Below, one piece after another: positions 11,665 through 23,273 of a stretch of DNA of 64,000 nucleotides (its first letter is position 1; every line of letters begins with the position of its first letter). The stretch spans positions 248,001-312,000 of the forward strand of contig RSEE01000061.1 of the NCBI GenBank assembly GCA_003971905.1. Reading direction: 5' to 3'. The position numbers were made by a program, and so were the translations under genes. Under the pieces are notes generated by a model, which worked only from the letters and a program-made list of their open reading frames with translations, was not told the origin of the DNA and searched no databases. This DNA is from Moniliella sp. 'wahieum'. Taxonomy: Eukaryota.

Positions 11665-13387
11665 ATGGCCCAGCCGACGACTGGCGACGCTCACCCTTCT
11701 GCGTGGACGCCCGCGTCGGCCCACCCGGCGGCCGCTGCTCCCCCGTCGGCCACAGCCCCCGCGTCCATCTCCATGCCGCCCTCGGTTCCATCTGCTGCTG
11801 CATACACCCATCCCCACCCCTACCCGCCCCACCCTGCCCTCGCCGCACCCCCGCATGCCCTTGATCCCATGTACTGGCCCTCTCAGCCCGCTGGCGTGGC
11901 GTCTCCCCTCGGCATGCCCGGCCCCCCAGTGCCCGCCCCGGCTGCGTCCGCCCCTGCTGGACTGCCGCATGGCCCTCCTGCCACCGGCACCCGCGACGAC
12001 ATCATTGCCAACGCCATCGTAGTCAAGAACATTCCTTTTGCCGTTGCCCGCGAACAGATTCTTCAGCTCATGGACGAGCTTCATCTCCCGCGCCCCTACG
12101 CCTTCAACTACCACTATGACGATCGCCACCAGTTCCGTGGCTTGGCCTTTGGCAACTTCCGTGCCCCGGAAGAGGCGGAAGCAGTTGTCGCTGCCCTTCA
12201 CGGATTTGAGATCAGTGGCCGCCGCCTCAAGGTCGAGTTCAAGCGTGTTCTTCACCCGGACGAGAAGATGCGAATCGAAACCAACAAAGCTATTCGACGC
12301 ATGCAATCGCTCCAGGTTGACCGTGATCGCCAGCAACCCCGTGCGCCACCGCAACCGCCTCGTGCTGCTGCCTTGCGTACTCCTTCGCCCCATCACCCTC
12401 ATTTGACCCCGTACCAATCGTCGTCTACCAACTCCCTTCGCGCCGCGGCCGCTGCTGGCGCTGCCGAGGCTGCCCACCGCTCCCCTGATCAGATGCGCGC
12501 CTCGCCATCTCCTCGGCCACAATCGGGTATGCTTTCCATCTTGTCTCTTTTTGTCGTGCTATTCTAACACCTTTCTCTCTAGAAGCTTCGAGCACAAACT
12601 CGGCCGATGTCAAGCCGCTAGACTTTAACGAGCCGGGCACTCTGGAGCTCTACAGCCGCCTCCTCCTCTTCAAAGATGACCGTGCCCGAACGGAGATGGC
12701 GTTTCCGCCCGGTATGAGCGCAACGGATCGGGCGACAGTGCACCAGCTATCTGACCGTTTGGGCCTGCATCACTTGACCATACGGGAACCTGAACCGTAC
12801 GTGATTGTCTCCCATCGTCCGCTGCGGGGTCCAACCTCGACGCCTGCGTCGAGGCCCATTCACTCGTCGATGCACGAGCCACATCGAGTCGTTTCCGGTC
12901 CCATCAGTGGAGGCCCCACCCATGCCGCTTATCGTCTTCGTCCCCAAGCTTCCCTTGGCCGTATTTCAGGTACGCCTACCACTCACGGAGACCCTTCGTC
13001 GGTCTTTTGGCACCCGGATACTCTTCCCCCAGTGCCCGCTTTCTTCGTACCAAGAAGTCAGCTCCCGCAATGACATATGGAGGACGCGATTATGCCTACG
13101 ACGACCCCTACGCACCCGCCGTCCCGTCCCTTCCGTCGGGCTTTGGATACCCTTCTAAGGGCGGATTCGATCCCTCTCAAGGTTCCGGTAGTCTGGCTCA
13201 TTTGACTGCGGGGATGGGCAACATGTCCGTTGCGGATCCGGCTCAAGGGATGCCCTTGGCGGGTGGACGAGGATACGGCCCCCAGTCCGACTTGATTCAC
13301 CCTGATCTTCTCTCTGGTCTTGTCAATTCACAACAGCATCATGCTGGTGCGATTGGGAGCGCTCTCCCCGCCCCGCGGTCAGCCTAG
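11665..13387 (+). CDS. PIN4/Cip2-like RNA-binding protein (RRM + R3H); intron about 12527-12582; may extend to about 13920
   Basis: AIVVKNIPF, PYAFNYH...FRGLAFGNF, GRRLKVEFKRVL (Pin4-type RRM); LDFNEPGTLELYSRLLLFKDD and FPPGMSATDRATVHQLSDRLGLHH (R3H). Confidence 0.88.
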
Positions 13388-15155
13388 GCGTGCTGCGCGA
13401 CGCTTACCACCGCCAAGAGGAGATGGGAAATGGGGTTGGTAATGTGGGAAGTAGTCTGGGTCTGCCTTCCGGAGGTGAGCTCGGTGCCCATCCGGATGGT
13501 GCTTTGAGCACAGGCCCGTCTAGTCCTGCTCTCCCATCGCCTCATCCCCTCGATATGGTGTCTTCTCTTGGGCAACCTTCCCCTCGCTCTCGGGGGGTGC
13601 ACACGGTTCGCCTCAAAGTATTCCTCAAGCTGCTGCTTTCATTCCTGGTGGCTCGACGCCCCAGGGGAGCACGCTGGCTTCCTCCGTTACGTCCGGTGGA
13701 TCGGGCCACAATTCAGCCCGGGCGGAAGACACATCACCCCGATCCCGCTTCTTGCGCCAGCCTCGTGGACCGCCGACGGAGACGAACTTGGCCTCGGACC
13801 CGGGGTTTGGTCAACAGGCCCGGCCGCGACTGCAGACTTGACGCACTCATGAGGGGGTTACGTTCTTTGGGCGAAACCCTTGGTCGCACTGGGGCCCGGT
13901 CCTCACTTCCATCGCCCTAATAGTGGCCGGTATGCCCTCGCACGAAATTTTTGTACGAACCTTTCTCCCAGTTGTTGGGGTTCCCTATGACTTGATCTGA
14001 GGTTTTTGCTGCGTCACTCCATTTCCCTACGTCTCTCTTCATTCCACCGTACCATTTTCTTTGGATCTTTTTCTCCCTTACGCTTGCATGTCATGCCTAG
14101 CATGGGGCGCGATCCGTTGCACTGCTCACCTGGCCTTCGCTTCCCAAGCTCACGCACCACGCACCACGCCCTTCATGTCCTCTCACGGTCTTCTCCCGAG
14201 GCCAGGGTTCTTTCTTCATCTACCTACTGCTCTCGGCACGGCGCGCGCCCCCCGTCTCCAAGACGATTCCATCCTCCTTTGCCCCAGGCGGGGCCACTAT
14301 GTTTCCCCTTGCCAAAACGGAAAGAGGCAGACCCTACTCCCCCCTCTTTGGCCCTCCCGCTCTGTCCCGTAATGCCTCTCTCCCCTTTCTCATCCAGTTC
14401 GCGGAGGGGCGCATCTTACTTTTGCACTGATGCCCATTATGTTTCCTTCATTAATCCATGTAGCGCCTTGTGTCGGCTTGTGCGATTGGGAGGGGGATCA
14501 GGCCTAGGCCTCAGGCTGAAGCTCTTGGTAGATCATTCTGTCGACACGTCGTGAGGGCAACGAGTTCCTTCCAATGTCTTGTGCAGTTTGCAGTGTAGGA
14601 AGGCTCAGAGCCCGAGGCTGACAACATCCGCTCGTGGGGAACGGTGGAAGCGACTGTGGGCTAGCGGGATGCGGAATCGTGATCAGCACAGAAAGGCACT
14701 GCCTGGGCCCTGCCTTGTACCGATGCTGTCCGGCCCTGGCAGCGACGGTAAAGCCACATCGGGTGTAATGGCGCACGCAAGGCAGAGAGAGACCTGTTGG
14801 CCACGACCGAAGGACGGGCAACTTGGCTCGGTCCCCTTATCAGACAAACATCTCGGTTCCTCTCTCCCAAGACCAAGGGCACACCTTGGGTGGCGATGCG
14901 CGCGGGCTTTATCATCGCTTGTCTAGCATGGTCCATCTCTGCACTGCCCCCTCTACTGCACTGGTATCATTTGATCCAACTCAGCTGGCCAGCTTCATGG
15001 TCTCTCGTATCAATCTGGTTCCAAGGCTATGGGCCGTTGCTATGACAAAGAGACTCTACGAACTCGGCCTGATCCAGCCAGTGGGAATGGGAGGTGAAAT
15101 GAGTGAGAATGAGAGTGGGCGCTGGAGCGCTGCATCAAAGGCGCCAACACGCACG

Positions 15156-16999
15156 TTAAAATGGGAAGCCCCCGCCACCTTGACGGAAGAACTGTTGGTG
15201 CGCGCCACCGCCGCCGGATTGTTGGAACTGGTTTACCAAGGACAGTTAGTACCATTGTCACAAGCGCAGGAAGAGCATACAAATTGAGCAAAGCCACCAG
15301 CGCCAGCACCACCTTGCGTGAAGAAGGGTGTCCGCCTCCTTGTTGGAAGCTGCCTTGGCGGAAGATGATGGGGCCGCCGCCGCCGGGGCCGCCGGCCCAG
15401 CGCCGCCCGTCGGGTCATTTGGGTCCTCTCCCTGGTCAAAGCGATTGCGCAGCTCCTCGTCCCCGCCCGAGCACACCAACGCCTCGTTGATCGCCGCCAT
15501 TTTATCTTGATCCCCACCCTTGTCCGGGTGGTTTTCGCGCGCCAGTTTGCGGTAGGCCTTCTTGATCTCGCCCTGGGAGGCAGTGCGCGGCACCCCGAGC
15601 ACCTTGTAGTAATCCTTGGTGTTCGCCACCTTGAGTTTCTTCTGGGCTCGGGTCAGACGCGCGTGGATGCCGGCATCCCGTTGGCCAGTCGCTTGGAATG
15701 CGGCCGAGTAGGCTCGTACCGCTGCATCCAAGTCCTCCTTGTGCTCTGCCCCGCCCCACGACCGATCAGCGCCTCTGCATTTTCCGATTCGACGGCAAGC
15801 ACCGCCTCACAATACTTCTCGGCCGCATCCCACTGTTGCCGTTCGTACGATGCAATGCAGTTGAGTTGAGTCAGCTCGAGCAGAGGTTTGCTCTTGGCGG
15901 GAGAAACCCACCCTCGCAGTAGCGGGGGCAAAACGTGGTGGCCCGAGGACGAGGCAGCATAGAGAGAGGTGAGGTACTCTCCATGTCTTGGAGCACAGGC
16001 GGGGAAGAGACCTTGGGGCCTTTCAGAGCGCTTGCCAGGGCGCGCCACTCGGAAGCAGCCTTAAAGTTGCGCGCCTTGTTGATTGACTTGTTGAAAGCGC
16101 GCATCTTGCGCACCGCCCGGGCGCATCGCACGTTGTCCGGATCGCCCGCAAGACACTCCTTGCCCGCAGCGAGACCCAAGTCCAAGTCCCCTAGCAAGTA
16201 GAATTGAACGGCGGCCAAGGTCAGCGACCGCTCCGAACTAGGCGCCGCCTGTTCCAGTCGGGACAAGTCGGCAATCCAGCCCTCAACGTCGCCTGCATAC
16301 AGAGAACAAGAGGCTTTGGCTTCCCGAGCCACGGTCGAGCCAGGAGAGAGACGAATGAGTTGGGTTGCTTGGTCGCGGCACAATTCAGCGTCCTTTTGCA
16401 AGCCCGAATCGGCCATCACTTTTTCGAGAGCGTCATCGGGATGAGATGCGACGAGTTTGGTGACCCGTTGGCTAGCGTGGGCCAAGGACTTGTTCATGCT
16501 CGCCACCAGGTCCAGCGCTTGATCCACCTCGGTCAGGATTTTGTCCGCATCTCGCTTGGCCACGCCCTTGGCCCCGCCCTCCAACGCGCGACGGGCATCC
16601 TCCTTGGCCTTCTCCAACGATCCAGACCGGAGATTCATACGTGCGCGCTGCACCCGCGCCGGCACATAGTTCGGATCCGCCCCAGGGCCGCATCGAGCGA
16701 CTGGGCAGCTGCCTTGGAGCGCGCCATGGCGAGGTGGGCAGTGGCACGACGGTAGTGAATCGCCGCCTCGGTTTCGGCGGCGGGGGTGGGGGAGGTGGGA
16801 TCGGCGACGGAGGCAAGAGCGTCGTCAAGCACAGCAAGAGCAGCGGCCGGGTTGGAGGCCGCCAGGTGGGCGCGCGCCTGGTCGAGCAGCGAGTTGAGGT
16901 TGACGGCCGCTGGCGCCCCGTCGCCCGACGCATTGGCCGTCACGGTGACGGCCACCGCGAGGGCGGCGACCCCGGCACGGACAGAGAGTGGAGACGCAT
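15156..16999 (-). CDS. ER-type TPR + J-domain co-chaperone (DNAJC3/P58IPK/Jem1-like); intron 15228-15280
   Basis: Hydrophobic signal-peptide-like N-terminus, TPR-like helices ([20 protein letters not shown]), J domain KDYYKVLGV...[27 protein letters not shown]-rich tail. Confidence 0.88.
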
Positions 17000-17479
17000 G
17001 CTGGCGTTGGTGTTGGTGCGGGCTGCCGAGGCGGCTGGGTGGCGGGGGAAGCGGGGTAGATGCGGCCACGTGGAAGCCAGTGCCACGTCATCCACATTTT
17101 TGGCGGTGGGCGGCGGCGGAAGGTGGGAGAAGCGGTGACATGTGACACGTGAAGCCTCGAGCGGACTCGGATGCGAAATTTGAAACGTGAAAGTGTCAAG
17201 TCCAATGCTGGAAGCGTCCAGAACCTTGCAATTTGAAACGAGGCGATGCGAGCCCAGCGCTGCTACCCCAGTCGGCCTACGCAGTCCCACGTGACCCCGC
17301 GACCGCGTGACCGCCACTCGCCTGTCCACGTGACAGGCACACTATCCCCCCTTGCTCGTCAGCGGTGGTGGCGGCCGCCACAAAAATTGGCTAGCGCAGG
17401 CAGATGGAGGCCTCCTGCTCAGCCCGCAGGGGCCATCGTTTCTTCCCACCACAACCCTCCTCTCATTTGCCCTTTGCCC

Positions 17480-18369
17480 ATGTCCTACTCCCAGGCGCCA
17501 CCGTCGTATGACCAGGCGCGCGCTGCCCCGGCCGCTCCCAAGAAGCCTTCGCATGGCAGCGGAGAGGGCAGCGGCACGTACCAGTCCCTGGCCGACGCCT
17601 CAACCAGCGTCCGCAACGGACCATGGGACGAGGAGGCTGGAGAGCCTTTGTTTTCCGGCGTGGCTTCGGATGCTGATCCAGCCATCCGGTCGATGTTTGT
17701 GCGCAAAGTCTATGCCGCTCTGTTTGCTCAGATGCTGCTTACGACAATCTCAAGCTGCGTCTTCATTTACTCGGGCACTACTCAGTACTTTCAGCTGCAC
17801 CCTTGGGCCGTACTGTGCCTTCCATCGGCACCTTTGTTGCGATGGCTGGGGTGTTTTGGAAGCGACACTCGCACCCGTACGTCTCATTTCCCCACTGACG
17901 CACGGACAGCCCTGACCGACCCTTCTTCTCCCAGGCCAACATTGTGTTCCTTGCCCTCTTCACTGTTTTTGAGGCCGCGATGGTCGGCACGATCGTGTCA
18001 TTCTACAGCTCCATTGCGGTGCTCAAGGCGGTCATCCTCACTACCTTTATCTTTGCTGGTCTTACCATCTTTACGCTCAAGTCGGGCTGGGACTTTAGCC
18101 AACTGGGCCCTTGGCTATGGGGCTTCCTCTGGCTGCTGATTGGGGTATCGTTTGTCCAGATCTTCTTGCCGTATAGTCAGACGGCCGATCTGGTATTTGC
18201 CGTGATCGGTGCCCTCGTCTTTGCTGGGTACATTATGTTTGACACATATACGCTTGTCAACCGCTTGTCCCCGGATGAGTGGGTCGTGGCCACCGTGTCG
18301 CTCTACCTGGACATTATCAACCTCTTCATCAACATCCTGCGCATCGTTGGCGGGACGGACGATAACTAG
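17480..18369 (+). CDS. BXI1: Bax inhibitor-1 family membrane protein (Bxi1/LFG-like); intron 17877-17934
   Basis: PPSY N-terminus, IRSMFVRKVY, multiple hydrophobic segments, YIMFDT, LSPDEWVVATVSLYLDIINLF. Confidence 0.9.
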
Positions 18370-18852
18370 AACAAGTATGCCTTCTCTCATGTGGCGCCCG
18401 ACGCGCCGTTCCTTGTTTATCATTTTCCCTGGTTCAACGTCCCCATCTGTTCTGTTTGCTTGCTTGCAGTCTCCTCCTTTTGCAGCAGTGAAGCCGGCGC
18501 GGCTACTCAGGCTGCCCGCGTTGAGCTTGCACTGCCTGTCATGAGCAATTTGTTGTCAGATGCGAACCCTTGACGGTCGTGTCCGCATGATCTCCAGTCT
18601 CAAGCATCGTCCGTCATATGGGATGGAGTTGGGCGAGAGCGTGCAAATAGGATCGATGGTTTTGAATACAAAAGCCACACAGCAGGCGCTCCATAGCTAA
18701 TCGAAATTTCCGGTTACAAGGTTGTCCGGACCTTGCCGCAAGATTAACTCACGTTTTCGCCAGACTATCACCAGTGTTACACAATCTCGCGACAAGGAAC
18801 GCTGGCGGCAAGATCGTCGCAAGGCCGAGACAATCTGCCCGGCAGATTGCTC

Positions 18853-18907
18853 CCAGGTTACCCCCATCTATCTACCAGGTATCCCCCATCTATCTACCAG
18901 TATCCCC
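18853..18907. repeat. 22-bp imperfect tandem repeat, 2.5 copies
   Basis: ccaggttacccccatctatcta / ccaggtatcccccatctatcta / ccagtatcccc. Confidence 0.9.
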
Positions 18908-20820
18908 GAACGGGTCGCAGGCTGTTGGCTAGGGTAGTGGCTAGTCTGCCACATGCTGTCAGATCAGGCAGTGGATTATTTTTCAAAGCATGCATTGCCA
19001 GGGTTAGACATGGAGTGGAGCAGAGAAATGCGCCAAGGCAACGGCAGGTTGTTATGGGAGCCTCAGGCCGGCGGCAGCCAAAGACATCGCCTTCATCGCT
19101 TAATCACGAAGGAAAACATCATGGAACCACCGAGATGAAAAGGGACCGAAGGGCAAAAATCAAGATCCAAGGGCCAGGTCGCATGGGCGGGTGAAGCGTC
19201 ATCGCGGTCGAGAAAGAGAGAATGATGAGCCAGGCGACCATACGGTGGACGATCTGTGCGCAAGCCTCACATGTTCCGTGTTCGTTGTTGCAGCACTTGA
19301 GCTTCATCTCCAGTCATCTAGTCATCCTGCTCAAAGGCGTTATCAGCGAGTGCGTGGACAAGGACAAAACACAGGTACTGACCGTCGAGCCCCAGCGGAG
19401 GCAGCCGTCACCGTCGACCGTCCGCTCGAAGTGCCCTTGTCGTTGATGTTCAACTCGCTGTTGGGAGGCATGGCCGATATCTTGACGCGAAGGATACCAG
19501 ACAAGACTATGCCACCAGGCGTGTTCGACTCGGTTCCGTCAGCTGCGCACAGACGAGTCAGGACGACAGAGGCATCCGCCCGGAGGGCGTGGACATACCG
19601 AGGCCAGGCGCTAGCACAGCAAGCGCGTCGGCGGGGGGGCATATAATGGCAGCGCAACGAGCCGGACACATGTCGCCAGCTCCGGTAGCACAGTATGTGG
19701 CCAGCGAGAGAGGGGCGGTGGCGGTGGATGGTAGTCGAGAGGCAAGAGCATCGGCGCAGCTGCGTGCGGTTTTATAGGCGCAACCACCGGTGGTCCACCG
19801 GTGGCCCACCCGCATGGCGCCAGTGTTGCCCCCGCACCTCCAGCTCAAGGCGCCCACCTGCAGCCTGGGCGTTTAGTATATATAGATTTTTTTAAGCTAC
19901 GCACTTGAGATAGTCGTGACAGCAGCTGTATACAGCACGATACTCCAGTCCAACCGTCTCGTTGCGAGAGAAAACAGCATTCGCCCAAGTCGCGGACAAG
20001 AGCGAAGGGAAATTGTCTCTTTACTCGCTCAATAAAACTAAGGCAATCGAGAAGGTGCACCAGCCTCGTGTGCATCGGAGCAGTTTGTCATATCAGGAGA
20101 CGATATGATGTACACACTGTGTCCTTCGGTCGACCGCATTTCCAGCTCATGCATGTCCTCGAACCCGTTCATCCGCTCCAAGATGTGACAGTATCCCAAG
20201 CCCAGCATGGTCGCTCAAGGCGATGGTCCAGGTCCTCAGGGACGGGTTCATTGTGAAGAGCCACACAAGGGACGATGGGATCTGATCGGCACAATTGACT
20301 CAGCCGATGGTCAATAAGCATCCACGCGATCTGGCTATTCACATGTACCTTGGAGAACCTATTCACCTGCTCGGTATTACCGCGCCTATCTTTCCCCGTC
20401 TTGTGGCAACACGACGCCGACAGCGACTCGTGGCATGGGATCGGGATCGACCAGGCCCAGGACGAAGAGACGACCAAACTGCTGAAGTTCCCAGGCAAGA
20501 GGACACGACCCTTTGAGCTTTTACAGGTGGACATGACCAAAAAGCTGCGCCTCTGCGACGACTATACCATCAGTCAATCTTCCTGCTGTTTTTCTCTACG
20601 AGAAATTCTTGACCGATTTACTGACTTGCATCCTTGGCTATACGACACAACAGGATGTGGGACGGGGAGGAAGTGGAGAAGGGCGTCAACCCCCCTCTCC
20701 GATCCAAGTCCCGTGGCTGATACATGGTCCGTCTCCAGCTGGCGGGATGGGCCGATGGTTTTGCAACAATGTGTCCACTCGGCCAAGCTCTCTTAACAGC
20801 CTACTTCTGGGCAAAACATC

Positions 20821-22287
20821 CCCGTGCTGGTGCCGACGCTGACACAGCAGCCCATCACAGGCTTCAATGCGCGTGCGTTGACGGCGCTGGTCAGTGTGTC
20901 GGGGAAGGCGCTGAATCAGGTCTTGTCCAACATTCTCACTGCTTTGGCGGTTACCCTCGAGCGCCATGCGGCCACCATGCCGGCAGAGGAGCAGGAGAGC
21001 CTTCAAGAAGCAGTGCGGGCCAACTTGGCTTCCGTCGGAGACGGAAAGGGGTTGCACCAGCTCACGATGCTCCTTCTTGGCTGGGCGGGCGGCTCGGCGC
21101 CCGAGCGACGGGCAACAGGCTGTGCGTTTATGGCCACGTTTGCCGGCGTGATGCAAGCGCACCTGTCGCTGGAGAATTACCGGGTGCTGTGGCTTCGCAA
21201 GCTGTTGGCCCTGTTTGAAGATTCGGAGGACTCGGTCGTGGCGGCGGCACACCACGCGCTCGAAGCTGTGCTCAAGACGGTTCCCAAGGCAGAAATCGAG
21301 ACGGTGGTGGTACCGGTGCGGCACATTGTGGGCAGTTTGGGCGAATCGGTCGCGGGCTTTTCACGGCCCAAGGGAGTGGCGCCTCTGGTCCCCGTCTTCT
21401 TGGCCGGCCTGCTCAACGGCACGACCGAGCAGCGGGAACAAGGTGCCTATGGCTTGGCCGACTTTTGGTGCAACGCACCGACGCGGTCAACGTCAAGCCC
21501 TACATCATCCCGATGGTCGGGCCCTTGATTCGCGCCTGTGGCGATCGCCACACCCCGGCCGTCAAGCAGGCCATCTTGCAGGCACTGACGGTGATCCTGG
21601 ACCGTGTGCAGGCGCTGTGCCGCCCGTTCTATCCGCAGCTGCAGCGCAGCTTCCAAAAAGCGCTCAACGGTCCCAGCTCCTCCACTGTTCGCACGCGCGC
21701 AGCGCAGGGCTCGGGCACGCTCATGTTGTACCAGCCGCGTGTTGACCCGGTTGTGGCTGAGCTGGTGCAAACCATCGAGCAAGGCCTTGGGACGGTGGCT
21801 ACGGACCAGCAGCTGGTCGCCGAATCGGCGGCGACAGCGCTGGTGATGGTGCTGGAAAAGGCGCCGGGAAGAACGTGTCCGAGAAGAAGTGGGTGCAGGT
21901 GGGCGAGCTGTTCCAGGCGGCGTTTGGGGACGCGCGGGAGCCTCTGAAGGCCGCGGTGGCCGAACTGGCGGGGCTGGTGGCCGCGTCGGATGTGGCAGTG
22001 GACGGGGAGGTGGCGGCGCGGCTGCAGGCGATGGTGCAGGCCGTCGCGGCCGACACGGACGCGTACATGGCGGCGCATGAGTGGTGCGGGCGCTGGCGGT
22101 GCGGGCGCCCGAGACTCTGTATGCGCTGACGACGCGCCTCGAGCTGCTGCGGCCGCTGCTGGTGTGCCTGCTGGAGTGGATGGGGCAGAGTGGCGCCGTG
22201 GCGCGGACGGCGCGCGAGACACGCGACGCGTTGCGCGCAGCCGAGCCGTGGAAGAGCGATGTTGGGTTTGTACAGGACCACCTGTAG
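20821..22287 (+). pseudogene. GCN1: 5'-truncated GCN1 (only the last ~480 codons of the HEAT-repeat Gcn2 activator); pseudogene, mini-gene or assembly break
   Basis: LVPTL...PITGFNARAL, PKGVAPLVPVFLAGLLNGTTEQREQGAYGL, VKPYIIPMVGPLIR, PFYPQLQRSFQKAL, PRVDPVVAEL. No GCN1-like sequence is recognisable upstream, and BXI1 ends only ~2.4 kb away. Confidence 0.8.
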
Positions 22288-23273
22288 GTATTATTGTCAT
22301 TCGCATGCGCCACAATACCTGGCATCCTTACTACTTCCCTCGCGCGGTAGCATTCCATATTCAATAGTCAACTTCAACACGTTCAGCTGGCGGGAGTAGT
22401 GACTAGTGACGAGGTGGTGATGGCAGGCTCTCAGATCGGACGCCAGGCACTAAGGGCGTAACGCGTACGGACTCAACGCAAGCCTGAGGACTGGATATGC
22501 CAAGTGGGCCGATCTCGAGCAGGCTGTCGGCCGCTGTCACGCGCACCCCGATGTGGCTGTACCGGGGTTTACCCCAGTGGGACGGGCTACTTGGGCTACT
22601 TTTGCACTCGGAAGATGAAGCTATGCGTACGTACACCCCCCGCCCCGCACTGGGGCAGGAGCGGGAAGAAGGCATGGACGCAGAGCGAATAGGTTGCTCG
22701 CGGGTGCGCAGACTGAATCCACGTCGAGATCGTCAAGTTAATGCGTCCAGCGCGCGGTTAGCGGTTAGCATGCTCATCGATGATCGATGAGCGGTGCCTC
22801 ATTAATCATTAATCACGTTTGGCGCGCCCATTCGCGTTGGGGTCGCGTTGGGGCCCAGGCGCCTTTCACACGCACCGGCGCTGAGTGCCCAGGCTGAGCC
22901 TCAGCCTCAGCTGCTGCCCCCAGTGCGGCGTGGTGCGGCGCGCGTGCTGCGTTATTCCCACCGCGACAGCGTGGCTGCTGCTGCCGCCGGGGTGGACGTT
23001 GGACGCAGACAGGCCACGCAGGTGAAAACGCGGCGGCGGGAGGATGGGCGAGGCGTAAGCCAAGCGGAGCCTGCGGTGGGATGTGAGAGTGGGTTATCCG
23101 CCCCCACGCATCACCCACCCCGTCCCTCACCGCTCGCCCATCCTCCCGCCGCCGCTGAAAGCGTCCGCCCGGCCCAGCACAAACCCACACTCGTCCCCGA
23201 AGCCCAATAAAAGGCACCCCCCCCCGCATCACTCCCAGCCTCTGTCTCCGCCACCACCCCCACCCCCACCCCC

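Noticed and set aside
11036..12522. Long minus-strand and alternative-frame ORFs rich in RG, EG or PS
   Set aside because: By-products of the stop-free hexamer repeat and the antisense of the PIN4-like gene.
18600..20800. Short ORFs between BXI1 and the GCN1 fragment
   Set aside because: No recognisable domain; could be decayed mobile DNA but cannot be supported from sequence alone.
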